Below are positions 26,626 to 39,539 of a stretch of 64,000 bases of DNA, piece after piece. The DNA comes from Lama guanicoe (Eukaryota), in the NCBI GenBank assembly GCA_013239625.1, contig MU053588.1, positions 2,056,508 through 2,120,507 on the forward strand. Direction: 5' to 3'. The notes under the pieces were generated by a model. It did no database searches and was not told the origin of the DNA. It saw only the letters and a list, made by a program, of their open reading frames with translations. Positions within the stretch are counted from its first letter, which is position 1; the number at the start of each line of letters is the position of its first letter. The position numbers were made by a program, and so were the translations under genes.

Positions 26626-29199
26626 AGTATACAGTACATATAAGAACAATCAAACACAATGGCTTAGAACGAAGTGCACAGAAAAATATTATAAATAGGA
26701 AATTCAACAAATGAGAAAATAACTGTTCAGTGTAAGAGACTGAAACTGGTGAGTGATTTGGAAAGTATAAAGTTGGACTGCCAAATCAAATCTTACAGAC
26801 AAATAAATTTCAGGGCTGAAAAAGAAATCATCAAAAGAAGCAGGAGCCAGACACCTACACACAGAAAGAAACAGTAGCAGAGGTGCAACTGACCAAGAGA
26901 GTACCGTGGCTGATAATGAATCCCGTACAGTCTCTGTGCTTGAGCAAAAAGTGTGGCGAGGCCTCCCTCAAGTCTATTTACCTTGAGGTTTATCAAGATT
27001 TCATTAAATTATTAAATCCTCATGAGCACTGACCCTGTGCTGACCACTGTCCTGATCTGTCATATTTGCTTTCAAGATTTTTATGTTCCTCTGAAACAGA
27101 ACAGAAGACAGGATCCACATCAGATGCCTGATTGTGAGACCAATATAACATCTCAGAACCAAGTCTTGGACCAAAGTATGCTATTTGGAATGAGAGACTA
27201 TTCAGCTGTGAGAATATTCACTGGTAAACATGCATCTTCTGTAATTGGCTTTGGCATTTATTTCAAGGTGTATTATTTTGATCTGAAGATCAAAATTTAC
27301 AATAATGTAATTCCCTAATGTACCAATTCTGATGAAAATTCAGACAATGTCTTTACATCTTCATACAGTGGACACATAGAAGTTTTCAGAGTAAACTAAT
27401 TTCCCAAATTTAGTCTCACCCAGACGAGGTCCAGTGGAAACAAAAGACATAAACATTTATTTAAGATAGTCTGTGCACCAGGCCTATAATTTGCTCTATT
27501 ACACATTTAATTCATCTTGACCCCATGCTTAGGGAATCTCAGACCAAGAAGGTTTAATCAAAGGATGCAGGTGAAAATTAGGACAGAACTAATGCAGAGA
27601 AAGACTGGAGATGACACTATAGGCACATGGATGAGAGGGAGAGAACCTCTGCAGGATCAGAGAACAGTCCTTCACCGGGGTTCTCTCAGGGACTCTTGTA
27701 TATTCTCACGAAAAGGTGTTACTATCCAGACCTTGTGTAGATTCCCATTTTCAACTAGTCACTTCTTTTTTTCCCAGACAATTTCTAAGTCCAAAATAAA
27801 ACTCCACTCACTTGAGTAACCTTTGTTCCAGGATGCTGGACCCAATGTTTACTTGATTTGTTGTGGGAGGGAAAAGCTGAACCCTGTTATAGTTTTGGTT
27901 TTCCTGACCTCATCTCTCTAGAGCTGTGATTATTATGTGTGTATTATTATGTTACTTTTTGCATCAATGACAGTGCCTCCAAGAAAAATCTCTAAACATT
28001 TTTTCTCAGCACTAATTATCTAAATTATAATTATAAGTGTTTAAAGCGACTATCCCAAGATGCTGTCAGAAGTAACTGGAAGAAAACATTTCTTCTGTAC
28101 TCCCTATAGGGATGAGGTCAAATAATTGTGAAGCATAAAAAGTGAGACCTTAGAGAATAAACATATGACCTTGACTATGCTCTGAAAATCTCTGAGGGGT
28201 ATATTTCCTGGAAGAGAATTCTTAGATTCCTAAATACCTTGATTAAATACCTATTAAAGATCTGGTAAGAAAAAAAGAGGCCTTCCCAAAGAAAGAATGT
28301 GGGGGACATCTAAGTAAGGTAGCAGGTATTGACAGAGAATCCATTATAAAAGGTAAAATAGATAGGGCTGTGTGATGGAAAGTCAGCTTACTATGGACTC
28401 ACAGTGCATGGGAGTGAGGAAATGGAGGGAGTATGATCATGCTCTCAATAAATGTAAGTGTAAAAGAGTAACTAGCACTTTATGAGGTAAAGGGAGACTT
28501 TAAATACTGACGGGTAAGAACTAGTAGATCAGGATTTGTTGAATTACGGTAAATATAAATTCAATACTCATGAGATCAAAGTCCATTATTAGCAAAATAA
28601 AAAAAGAGTGGGATCCATGCTCAAGAAATTAACCTTAGTTTTAAAAAGGGATCTATTACCAATTTAATATAAATTAGGGAAAAAGAATAGATGGAAAGGG
28701 AGGATTATTCTGAATTGTGGAAGGAAATGGAGAGATTTCTCAACAGATGGCTTCAGCTTCTTTATAATGCAGGAGACAAGCATATCTAGAAAGAGAGGGA
28801 GAAGATTAGAGATGAAGATAACTAAAAATATTTGAAAGCATAGCAATAGATAATGGCATAAAGAGTTGAGATATGAAACAGAAAAGATCTGTTGGGCAGA
28901 ATCATAAGAGGAGTTCAGGTTATTGGCAATGAAATATTTACACTGACATCAATCTACCTAGTTGTGTATTCAGCTGCACAAAACTACCATAGTGTATCCA
29001 TAGGGATAGAAATGGACACTACATTCAATTCATGCTGAGGTTTCTCCAGGTCAGGGTGCTGGGATGAAATAAGAAAAGAATTAAGGCTATTGAAGGAGAT
29101 TGAAAGGATTGACCAGAAAATTTCACAAAAGAGAGAAAGCAAGAAATATTGGTATAAATTGACATGACAGAAAATTAAGAATATATATATTGGGCTCAA

Positions 29200-32100
29200 A
29201 AGGCAATGAGAGAGAATAGGGAGCTATGTAGAAAAAGAACTCCAGGAGTCTGCCTGGGGCTCTCTTGAGTCTTTGCTGAACACTAAGTTGTGCATGCACA
29301 GGGTGAAACTCCATAAAATTGCACATATACATACCAGGTAACTTTGAACTAAACAGTTTCCATAGTTCATTCAAAGCTGGAAGGTATTCAAGATATGACC
29401 ACCCAGAGAGCAGAATCTTCACTGATTACTTAGGGCATTCAACAGAGACATCAGAAGGGTTATACCTTAGTAGTTGGACTAAGTATCTCTATAAAAAGAT
29501 TATTCAAACTCACTTAACAAAGCTTAAATGTAAGCTTTGAAAGAATCAAACTGAACCACAAGTAAATTAACTGCATGTCAGAAAAACATCTAATATTTCT
29601 TTTAAAAAAGAAAATAAAAAATAAAACCCAGGCACTCAATGAAGTAAAACTGACAATGTCCTTCACCCAATTAAAAATTATTAGACAAGCCAAGAGACCA
29701 GAAAAATACGGCTATAAATAGGAGCAAAAATAGTCAATAAAACTGATCCATACATTCTTTCTCTGTGTTGACTTAAGCACTAGTTGGGATTAACAATAGA
29801 TTACTTGCTGGAGAAGAAAAAAATCAGTTAACTAGAAGAAATATCAATAGAAACTATCCAAAATGAAGCAAAATAGAGAAATAAAAAATTGAATCTTAAA
29901 AAACTAACAGAGTTTCATTTATCTATAAAATAATATTAAGTGGGCTAATATATACATAATTAAAATCCTAGAAGGAAAGTGGGAAATATATATATATATA
30001 TATNNNNNNNNNNNNNNNNNNNNNNNNNNNNNNNNNNNNNNNNNNNNNNNNNNNNNNNNNNNNNNNNNNNNNNNNNNNNNNNNNNNNNNNNNNNNNNNNN
30101 NNNNNNNNNNNNNNNNNNNNNNNNNNNNNNNNNNNNNNNNNNNNNNNNNNNNNNNNNNNNNNNNNNNNNNNNNNNNNNNNNNNNNNNNNNNNNNNNNNNN
30201 NNNNNNNNNNNNNNNNNNNNNNNNNNNNNNNNNNNNNNNNNNNNNNNNNNNNNNNNNNNNNNNNNNNNNNNNNNNNNNNNNNNNNNNNNNNNNNNNNNNN
30301 NNNNNNNNNNNNNNNNNNNNNNNNNNNNNNNNNNNNNNNNNNNNNNNNNNNNNNNNNNNNNNNNNNNNNNNNNNNNNNNNNNNNNNNNNNNNNNNNNNNN
30401 NNNNATATATATATATATATATTTATATATAATATTTATATATTATATTATATATATATATACACATACACACACACGTATATAATTTTCTAAGTTTGAT
30501 GAAAACTATAAACTCACAGATCCAAGAACCACACTGAAGCTCATAAAAATTGAATCCCTGAAAACTAGAGTTAAACTTAAAATCTTAAAAGTGGCCAAAG
30601 AAAAACACATTTAGAAAAAGAGGAACAAAGATAAGAAATACTGATGATATCTCATCAGAAATTGTGCATACATAGTATATCTTTACAGAGCTGAAAGAGA
30701 AAAAACTGTCAACCTAAAATTTTATACTCAAATAAACTATCCTTCTCAAGTGAATTTAAAATAATTTATCCAATGAACAAAAACAGAGAATGTATCACAG
30801 AGAACGCATCATCAACAGACCTTTACTATACGAAAACTTAAAGGAAGTTCTTCAAATAAAAGAAAAATAATACCAGATGGAAACCCAGACATACACAAAT
30901 AAACAATAAGCACCAGAAGTGGGAAATATGTAAGTAAATGTAAATGTTTTAATCTTTGATTTCTTTAAAATGTTATTTTTAAAATAAAAATTATAACAAT
31001 ATATTTTGAGGTTTATAACATAGGTAGAAGTAAAATACATGACAATTGCATATGAATGAGTGGAGGAATCGAAATAGCTTGTAGGGTTATCATATTATAT
31101 GTGAAGTGGTCCAATATTATTTGATGGTAGACTATGATAAGTCATCTACTGTAAATCTTACAGCAGCAACAATAACAAAACAACAACAACTAATAAGCCA
31201 ATAGAGGGGATAATAAGAAATCCTTTTAAAATACTCAATCCAAAAGGCAAAAAGGAGGGAAAATAATCAACAGAAGGAGAAAATAGAAAAAAAAATTTTA
31301 AGGTAGATTTAAACAACAGTATCAATAATCAGATTATAAATGGTCCAAACACTCCATTAAAAAGTAAAGGTTGCTAGACTAGATAAAAAAAGAGGACCCA
31401 ACCATTAGCTATACAAAAGAATTCATTTTTTAACTTCATAAAAAGATATAGAGAGCAATTCCACACCCATATGCAAAAAAACCAAAAACAAAACAAACAA
31501 ACAGTACTTGTACCCATACCTCACACATTATACAAATATTAACTCAAATTTGATCCTGGGACTAAATATATAAGTTAAAACTCTCAATGCACTAAGAGAA
31601 AATACTACTTCCCTGAGGTAGGTGTGGAGTTCTTAAATAGCACAAAAGAAGTACAAACCACAAAAGAAAAATTTGGACTTCATCAAAATGAAAGTCTTCT
31701 GTTCTTCAAAATTCACAATTAAGACAATAAAAAGGCAAATCACAGATGGGAATGAAATATTCACAATACTAAATCTAACTGATATACAGAATATATAAAC
31801 AACTCTTGCAAATCTGTGAGAGTCCAAACAACTCAATCGAAAAATGAGCAAAACATCAGTCACTTTACAGAGCAGATATATAAATGGCCAGTGAGCACTT
31901 GGAAAAGTATTCTACATCATCAGTCATCAGGAAAACACAAAGCCACAGTGAGATCCCACTATATAACCACTCAAATTGTTAAATTTAAAAGACAGATGAG
32001 AAGGAGTAACTGGACCTCTCAAATATTGCTGGCAGGAATGCAGAAGTTACAACCACTTTGGAGGACAGCTCGGCAATATTTTATAATGTTAAACCTATAC

Positions 32101-32670
32101 TTACCACACAACCCAACAGTTTCACTTCTAAGTATTTATCCAAGAAAAAAAAATGTATGTCTACACAAAGACTTATACATGACGTTCATAGCAGCTTTAT
32201 TCATAATAGACAACAACCCAGGGAATAGATAAGCAAATTATGGTATAGTCACAGAATGGAACACTGTTCAGCAATGAACAATGATGTAATTGAATGGAAT
32301 TCTGCTCAAGAATGGACCACTGATACAATTACCACAGATAAATCTCAAAAACATTTTGCTGAATAAATAATCCAGGCACAAGAAGGTACATACTGTATGA
32401 TCCCTTTTCTGTGAAATTCTAGAAAACTCAAAGCTAATCTGCAGTGACCGAAAGCAGATCAGTGGTTGCCTAGTTGCTTGTAACTGGAGAAGGAGGTGAA
32501 ACTGACTACAAAGGACCATGACAGAACATTTTGGGGTGATGGAATTATTTTATATCTTGATTGTAGTGATGACTGCATGGGTATATACATTGGTCAAAAC
32601 TCACTGACCTGTATACTGAGAGTGGTACATTTTACTGTATGTGAATTATACCACAATAAGGTTGATTTAA
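29200..32670 (+). mobile_element. Old LINE-1 pieces (5'UTR/ORF1, ORF2 end, 3'UTR), spanning the assembly gap
   Basis: ORF1-like (atctcatcagaaatt, aactgtcaacctaaaattttatactc), ORF2-end-like ORF 31816-32232, L1M-type 3'UTR to ~32670. Confidence 0.75.
30004..30404. other. Assembly gap (401 N) flanked by (TA)n microsatellite
   Basis: Run of n with atatat on both sides. Confidence 0.99.
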
Positions 32671-34620
32671 ACAGAAAAAATCAGAAGACATTCACGTTTG
32701 GGTAGGATGGAGTAGTTTGAAGCAAGTCAATGCTTCTGCTAAGAGCAACTGGAAAAGCCTTATCAATTACTATAATCATATTTGAAAGGTATTAGAGAGC
32801 TGTGACAGCAGCAAGAGTTAAGAAAATAAAATTCCAGAAAGGGAAGAATCTTCAGACAAATGCTGAGGATCCTCATGTCTCTCCAGGGTCCTTTGCCAAT
32901 GTTGGGTATGGTCCAAAGGTGGTGAATCTGGGCCTGGTGCAGGGCCACTTCTGAAACATAGAGAAACCAGTAGAACTTTTGGAAGTTGTGTGAGGGTAGA
33001 GGGATCAACTGGAGATTTGAGAGGCTTCAAGAAACTGATTTCCTATTTAAGACATTTGCTGAATTGCAAAACTTGACCAGGCAGGAGGCTAAATAACTAA
33101 ACTAAAACCTTAGAAAACCAGAGTTGAATTTCTCATGGTATCAGGTACATAGGAGACAGTCCCATTACTGGGAGGGGCCTTGAGAAGAACAGGTGAGATG
33201 GGAAAGTTCTCTAGGGTGTGGTACATTGCAACTGATGATAGACAGTGACTTTCTCTCTTGGATTACCTGCCAATCTAGACTCAGAAACAGGCTGAGAAAC
33301 TCTGGTTTTTACTCCAGGTAGAAGTTTGCCTCCAGAATTCAAAAAGAAATCCAAGTAGATTCTTCCTCAAGTTTCTGTATGAACTTTTTGCCTGGCCCAA
33401 GGCATCAACTCAGGCACAGCACACTCTGGCTGGGAAGCTGAAGCTGACCCCAAAGCCTTCCAGGGCTGAGGCAGTGTCAGGGCACAGCACACATGAAAAG
33501 AACCACCCCAGAGGGCACACATGGTACTCCTGGAAGCAGAGTTTACAATTGTTAGGGTGCCCTGAGCAGGACACGCATTGGTCAGGCAAAGGGGTTAACA
33601 GGGTCCCCTGTGTGGCCTCCTGCCCTGGGCCCTCCTGCTCCAGGGTTGCCAGACCAGTCCCAGTGGTTCAGTCCAGTCCTCACTTTCAGAGGGAATGCCC
33701 AGGCAGTCAGTTCCCAGCAGTTTGCTTTTCCATTACGCCAGCTCATCTGCCTCATGAGTGTGGACGTCTAAAGATGTTTTGCATGGAACATGCAATAGTC
33801 AGGGCCACCTCCCATTGTCTCCTAATCAGCTGTCAGGTGTGATCATAGGGTCCAATGTCAGAATTCAAAGCACATGCAGCAGTTTGGAAAAAGAGCAGGG
33901 GTATTTTTCTTTAGGAAGGGAAAGTTTCCAGGAACAGTTTTGAAAAACAAAAGACCATTAATGCCCTCCCTTGCTCTCATGCTTTCCCCGGATGCTGGGA
34001 TTTTGGAGGGTTTTTCTCCTTCATTGATACAGAGTTAGTGTGTCTCACTCCACAGTCAAAACTTTACTTTTTTTTTTTCATTCATTCCCTACTCTCACTC
34101 AGATCCTTCCTCTGGAAAAGTTGTGTGAAACAGAAACAAAAGTATTTTCATAGAAAAAAATTTTTATATAACTTAAACAGAATGACACATTTATGCAGCA
34201 ATTGGTCAGGATAGAATCCTGAATTTTCAAAAATTTCAAAATTGGGTTACATATCCTCCTATCCCTTTACTCTTGACTATTTATTCAGTAAGTAATCTAC
34301 AAAAGATCAATCCCTTTCTGAGATAAGTGCATTTAATAATCAAGCTGCCTTCCTTAGGGTCCTTGTACCAGAAGAAAGCTGAAAATGGTAGAGTTAGGCT
34401 ATCAGTCTGTTGTTGCAAACTGCAACTAATCCAGGAAGCTGAACACAAGTGAACAGAAATGAGACATCCCCCAAGAGAGGGGTCAAAAGTTAGATCTATC
34501 AGCAGTGGGTGGAGGGTTCACAGTCCTTGTGATGTCCTCCTCCAACGTGCAGCTTTGGGGCAGGAATCACAAGTTGGGAAGCGATTACTCTGCATCAGAA
34601 ATACAGAGCTGATCAGGAAC

Positions 34621-34719
34621 CATTTCATTTCATTTCATTTTTCTATGGAAATACTAGGGATTAAACCCAGGACCCTCCTGCATGCTAAGCACACGATCTA
34701 CCACCAAGCTATACCCACC
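34621..34719 (-). mobile_element. tRNA-Ala-derived SINE (Vic-1 type)
   Basis: Reverse complement of the SINE head (aacccaggacc...catgctaagcac...agctataccc). Confidence 0.8.
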
Positions 34720-36926
34720 GACCCACCCCTGCTCAATCTTAATTTTAGATAGTCCTCTCAGAGAATAAGCCCTTTCCTGTGAGCACTTGTAAGTGACCCA
34801 GATGGTACAGCCAGCATGCACAATGTTCTCACAGTTCTGGCCCCCACAGAGGGATGCCCTAAATCTGTAACACTCCTAGAGGCTGAATTCTATTTATTCA
34901 GCCATATCTGCCTTCAATTCAGCACAGCTTGTAGCAGGTTTTCACTTAGACACAGGACCAGGTTATAAGGCTCTGTTGATTCAGATTTTTTAAAAGCCAG
35001 CAGGTTTTCTTCAGCAGCAGCAAAGACACCACAGGGCCAGACAGTCATGTTCCAGGCATGACTGACAAGCAAGATTTCCCTAAACCCTTTTTATATTGTC
35101 AAACTTTGAGTTCAAATTGATCCACTCAAAATGTGCACCTCAGGCCAGAAAACCATCAGCCTCCAAAAGTTGTCAGATATATGATCTCACAAGAGCTCAT
35201 TAGCAAACTGAAAACTGCTGCTTAAAGCTCCAAAAGTGTACCTCCATGTGGAGATTGCCTCTTTTTCCCTTAAATTCCAACAGGCAAAAATCATAGTAAA
35301 AATCATCACCTACGGAAATTTGTTTGGTTTCCAATACTCAGAAAATTTAAACCTAGTCCACCCATCAGTGGCAAAAAGGAATTTGTGTCCCTCAACACTT
35401 CTTTGCAGCTTTTTCTATAAGGATGATCCCTCTAGCATTTATGAAATTAAAATCATTTAACATTTTATATCAAAATTTTTCATACATGCATATACAAGAG
35501 TAACAAGACACAAAGCACTTAAAATATACCCCTTTTCTTTCTCATTGAAAGTTTACTCAAACCTCTACCAGTACATGTAACATTTACAGGTTAATATTAC
35601 AGCTTTCAGGAAAAAAATCATGGCTGGAATGCAAGTGGAGAAGGGGAAGAGAGGATTTAGGAGCCCTTTCTCCTCTTCCTGGAGGAGACAAAAACTAAAG
35701 GCATCACTCAGGCTGCATTTCCCCCCTCACTTCAGCCAGCATGGCCAAAAGCAGCCAGGGCATCCAGCAAGCCAACTGTCCTAGAGATGATCAATTTTTT
35801 CATATTACATAAGTAACTTTTACCTCTCATAACAGACTGCAGCTCAGTGCTGTTTCATGCCATGGATGACTCCACAGTCACCCAGGAACCAAAGTTTCAT
35901 CATGCTCCACCCTTTCATCTTCATTTCCTTGTCCCAAATAATGCTTTTGCTGAATTTCAGTGAGTCATGGGGGAATCTAACGAATCCCACTTCTGACACC
36001 AACTGTATCAGAGGTCCCCAAGACCACCACCCCTGGGTTCAACAATCCACTAAGAGGACACACAGGATTAACCATCTAGTCATACTCTTGGCTGTAATTT
36101 ATTTTCCTCATTAAGGGATACAAAGGATACAAAGCAAAATTAGCAAAGGGAAAAGGTCTGCAGGAAACTACCTACAAGCTTATGAGTCTTCTACCAATAG
36201 AGCCACACAGAATGTGCATAATTCCTTCAGCAATGAGTTGTGTGATATACTGCACAGTAATAAAATGGATGAACTGCTGTTATATACAGCAAACTGAATA
36301 CGTATTCCACATATAATGTTAAGCAAATCCAAAAGAGTACATACTGAATGATATCACTTACATAAAGGTTAAACTCCAGCAAAACTCATCTAGGTTATTA
36401 GAAAATAAGATAATGTTTACCTCTCAGAAGGAGGAAAGAGATAGTACTGGAAGAGACATGAGGGGAGCTTTCTGAGATTCTGTTACTGTCCTATTCCTTG
36501 TTTGGGTGGTGGCTACATGGGTATACTCAGTTTAGAAAATGCATCAAGCTGTGCATTTATCAATCATGCATTCTTCTCTGTGTTATGCTTCTATTAAAAA
36601 GTTTCTTAAAAACAAAAAACTGTTAAAATTTCCATTATTTTTATTTTGTTATATTTTTCATCATGCAAAATTTTTGATACGTTGGTCATACATTTTTATT
36701 TTTATGAGAACGCTAACAAATTTACTGTACTCATAAGTAACTAAATATGAAAACTATACTATAGTTTCTAGTACCAGGTCTAACTCCTCCAACTCAAAGA
36801 CCTGTGATAACCTTCACAAGTGTAAATAAGAAGTAGTTCTGGCATAATTCTAAGTCTCCTTTTCTATGTCTTATATGGGATTTTTCTACCAATTTGTGAC
36901 AGGATGTCTCTATACACACCCACAAA

Positions 36927-36951
36927 ACACACACACACACACACACACACA
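36927..36951. repeat. (CA)n microsatellite
   Basis: acacacacacacacacacacacac. Confidence 0.95.
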
Positions 36952-36959
36952 CGGATTTT

Positions 36960-38295
36960 CTTTGTTTTACAAATGTAGTATTATATTATACACCCATCTT
37001 TTGATGTTGATATTCCCACAACACAACATAATGGTAATATCTCTACTTTGACTTGTATTTAACTCATTCTTTTATCTGTCTGCAAAGTATTTCATAAACT
37101 TGATGTACAATGATTAATTCAACCACTCATTAATGGTGATTATGATTGCTTTAGTGTTCTGCTTCTATAAACTCTGATATAATGAAAATCTCACACATAT
37201 ATCGTTAAGTACTGATACTTCTGTCATACAGTAGACTCAGAATATTTCTGGATTGAAGGATATGTGTATTTTTTATTTCAATGTAAAATGCCAGATTGAA
37301 AATCTGAAATTTCTCTAACAAATCACACTGTCACCAGCAATATGTGAGAGGATCCTTTTCCCAGCATTCCAACCAGCACTCACTCTATAAGTCACTTTCT
37401 GTTTTGCCAATGAATGGCTACACAATGATGATGTCTCATTTCTGCTTTAACTTCCATTTCCCTGGATACTAAAGACAGACCATTTATCGTATGTTCATTC
37501 ACCTCTTGTGTTTTTTATTCTATAATTTGTCTATTTATATCTTTTGCCCAATCTTCTACTTGGTTAGTACGCTTTTATTTGTACAACTATCTGCATTGTT
37601 TATGGTCATCACCTGCCATGTGATTTTTATTTTGTCAAATATATTAATATTGTAATATATGGACTTGAACTTCCTTATCTTAGTTAAAGGGACCTGCCCA
37701 TCACAAAATTGTATGTAAAATTTCTTCAATTTTCTTCTGAGATCTTTACTGATTTTTTTTATCTGTAAATATTTTGACCATTTGGAGTTTTTCTGTACGG
37801 CATGATACAGGGATCATACTTTATTTTCTTCCAGTTACACCAGCAACATTTTAACAATAAGTCATTCTCCTCCCAAATTCAAATACCATCTTTACGTGTG
37901 ATAAAATTGTATCTTTTTTAGGCTCTATTTCTAATGTCCCTGATATGTCTGCCTAGTCACATGGCAGTGCTACACTATTTGCATTTCAATGGCTTTAAGG
38001 TGAGTTTAAATATCTAATAAGATTAACCTTCTCTCAGCTTTCTGTATTGTCATAATTTTCTTGCTTTTTATGAGACATCATTCTTCCATATAAGCTGTAA
38101 GATTATTTTACTCAATTAAAAAGTTCTTTGCGGATTTTAATTGGCACCATGTTGAATTTACAAATTATATGATTAAGTCATTAAGCTTCTTATTCAAAAG
38201 CATGGCATGGCTTTACCTTTGGGCAGATTTTGTTTCATATTCTCAGAAATTATTTCATAGAGTTCATTTCATGTGGGTCCTATAATGTCTCTTGT
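36960..38295 (-). mobile_element. Ancient LINE-1 3' region, antisense
   Basis: Degenerate antisense L1 motifs (ccagcaatatgtgag, tttgcccaatcttctacttgg, tcttccatataagctgtaagat). Confidence 0.65.
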
Positions 38296-38296
38296 T

Positions 38297-38951
38297 TTGT
38301 TGTGGAAAAATGTGTTACAGCTTGGCATTACAACTCAGTTGTGACAGCAACATGGATCTGGGTGAGAGACCAAGTAGCACTTGGAGAGTTGGAGAACTCG
38401 GGTTTATTACACCAGCAGCACCAGATAACTTAACACTTCAAGCTCTGGACCCCGTCTGTAGGTTTACACAGGCCTTTTATAGGCTGCCCATTTTACACTT
38501 TGCAACATCATATGCAAATTAAGTATAACAGAAGTTGACCAAACAGGAACAAGCTTTGTAGAAATAGATCAATCAGGAGTGAGAGAAATAACCAATCAGG
38601 AATGAGAGAAATAACCAATCAGGAATGAGAGAAATAACCAATCAGGAATGAGAGAAATAACCAATCAGGAGTGAGCTCCATGCAAATGAAGTACTACAAA
38701 TTGACCAATCAGAAGGTAGGGAAGTGGACCAATCAGAAGTGAGAGTAATAACCAATCAGGAGTGAAGGAAATAACCAATCAGAAATGAGCTCAAGGAACC
38801 AACAGAATTTGAGGGTAAGTTAGCCACTTTAGAGGCAAAAAGTGAGATAGAACCTCTGGGCCAGGGAACTGGATGGTGCTGGGAGGAAAGCAGTGCCCCT
38901 GGCTAGGGGTCCTGCTGGTCTTCTTGTGGGGCTTCCTGCCTCCGTTTAACG
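38297..38951 (-). mobile_element. ERV solo LTR with a tandem CCAAT-box U3 array
   Basis: Minus-strand order U3 repeats, TATAAAA (38481-38475), AATAAA (38408-38403), ending ...caaca; ends approximate, no clean TSD. Confidence 0.75.
38560..38790. repeat. 23-bp tandem repeat (gagagaaataaccaatcaggaat)
   Basis: CCAATCAG starts at 38592, 38615, 38638, 38661, 38705, 38729, 38752, 38775. Confidence 0.95.
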
Positions 38952-39539
38952 TATTGAATTTTAAGTATTCTGCTAACCATTATTTCTTACTGCAGTTTAT
39001 TTCATATTACTTTGCATTCTTTCAACACAAGCCCACCAGGCACACAGAACATGAAGAAATACTCTTCATGTCCACAAACAAGTATGCTTTTATCCACTTA
39101 TGCCACTCAGGATAGGCTCAGTTATGATGCAATAACAAATAGCTCCCAAAGTCATGGTGCTTTAACATAATACTAGTATATTTATTTGCTCATGCTACAT
39201 GTCCACTATGGATCCACAGGAGGCTATATTCATTTTCATCACTAAAAGACCCAGTCCGATGGAGAGTCATCTCAAAACGTGTTTCCATGATCACTACAGC
39301 GATGGGGAAGGGAAGAAACAAATTACACATTGTCACTTCTGCTCATATTTTATCAACCAAAGCATGTCAATGGCTATGCCTACAGGGTGTGAAGAAGGAG
39401 AAACTGAATAGTTAAAAAGCAGTCCAGATGACTGCAATACTTTTCTGGAAGCACGTGACATTCTCATCTCTACTCTCATCACATTACACAGGGACAAGGA
39501 CGCATATCAATATTTCTAAATCATAAGAAAAATAATAGG

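Noticed and set aside
29979..30485. 168-aa ORF
   Set aside because: Artefact of translating the N gap and TA repeats
38560..38790. Regularly spaced repeats resembling a CRISPR array
   Set aside because: Head-to-tail 23-bp units without unique spacers, no cas genes, mammalian DNA; it is an LTR U3 tandem repeat
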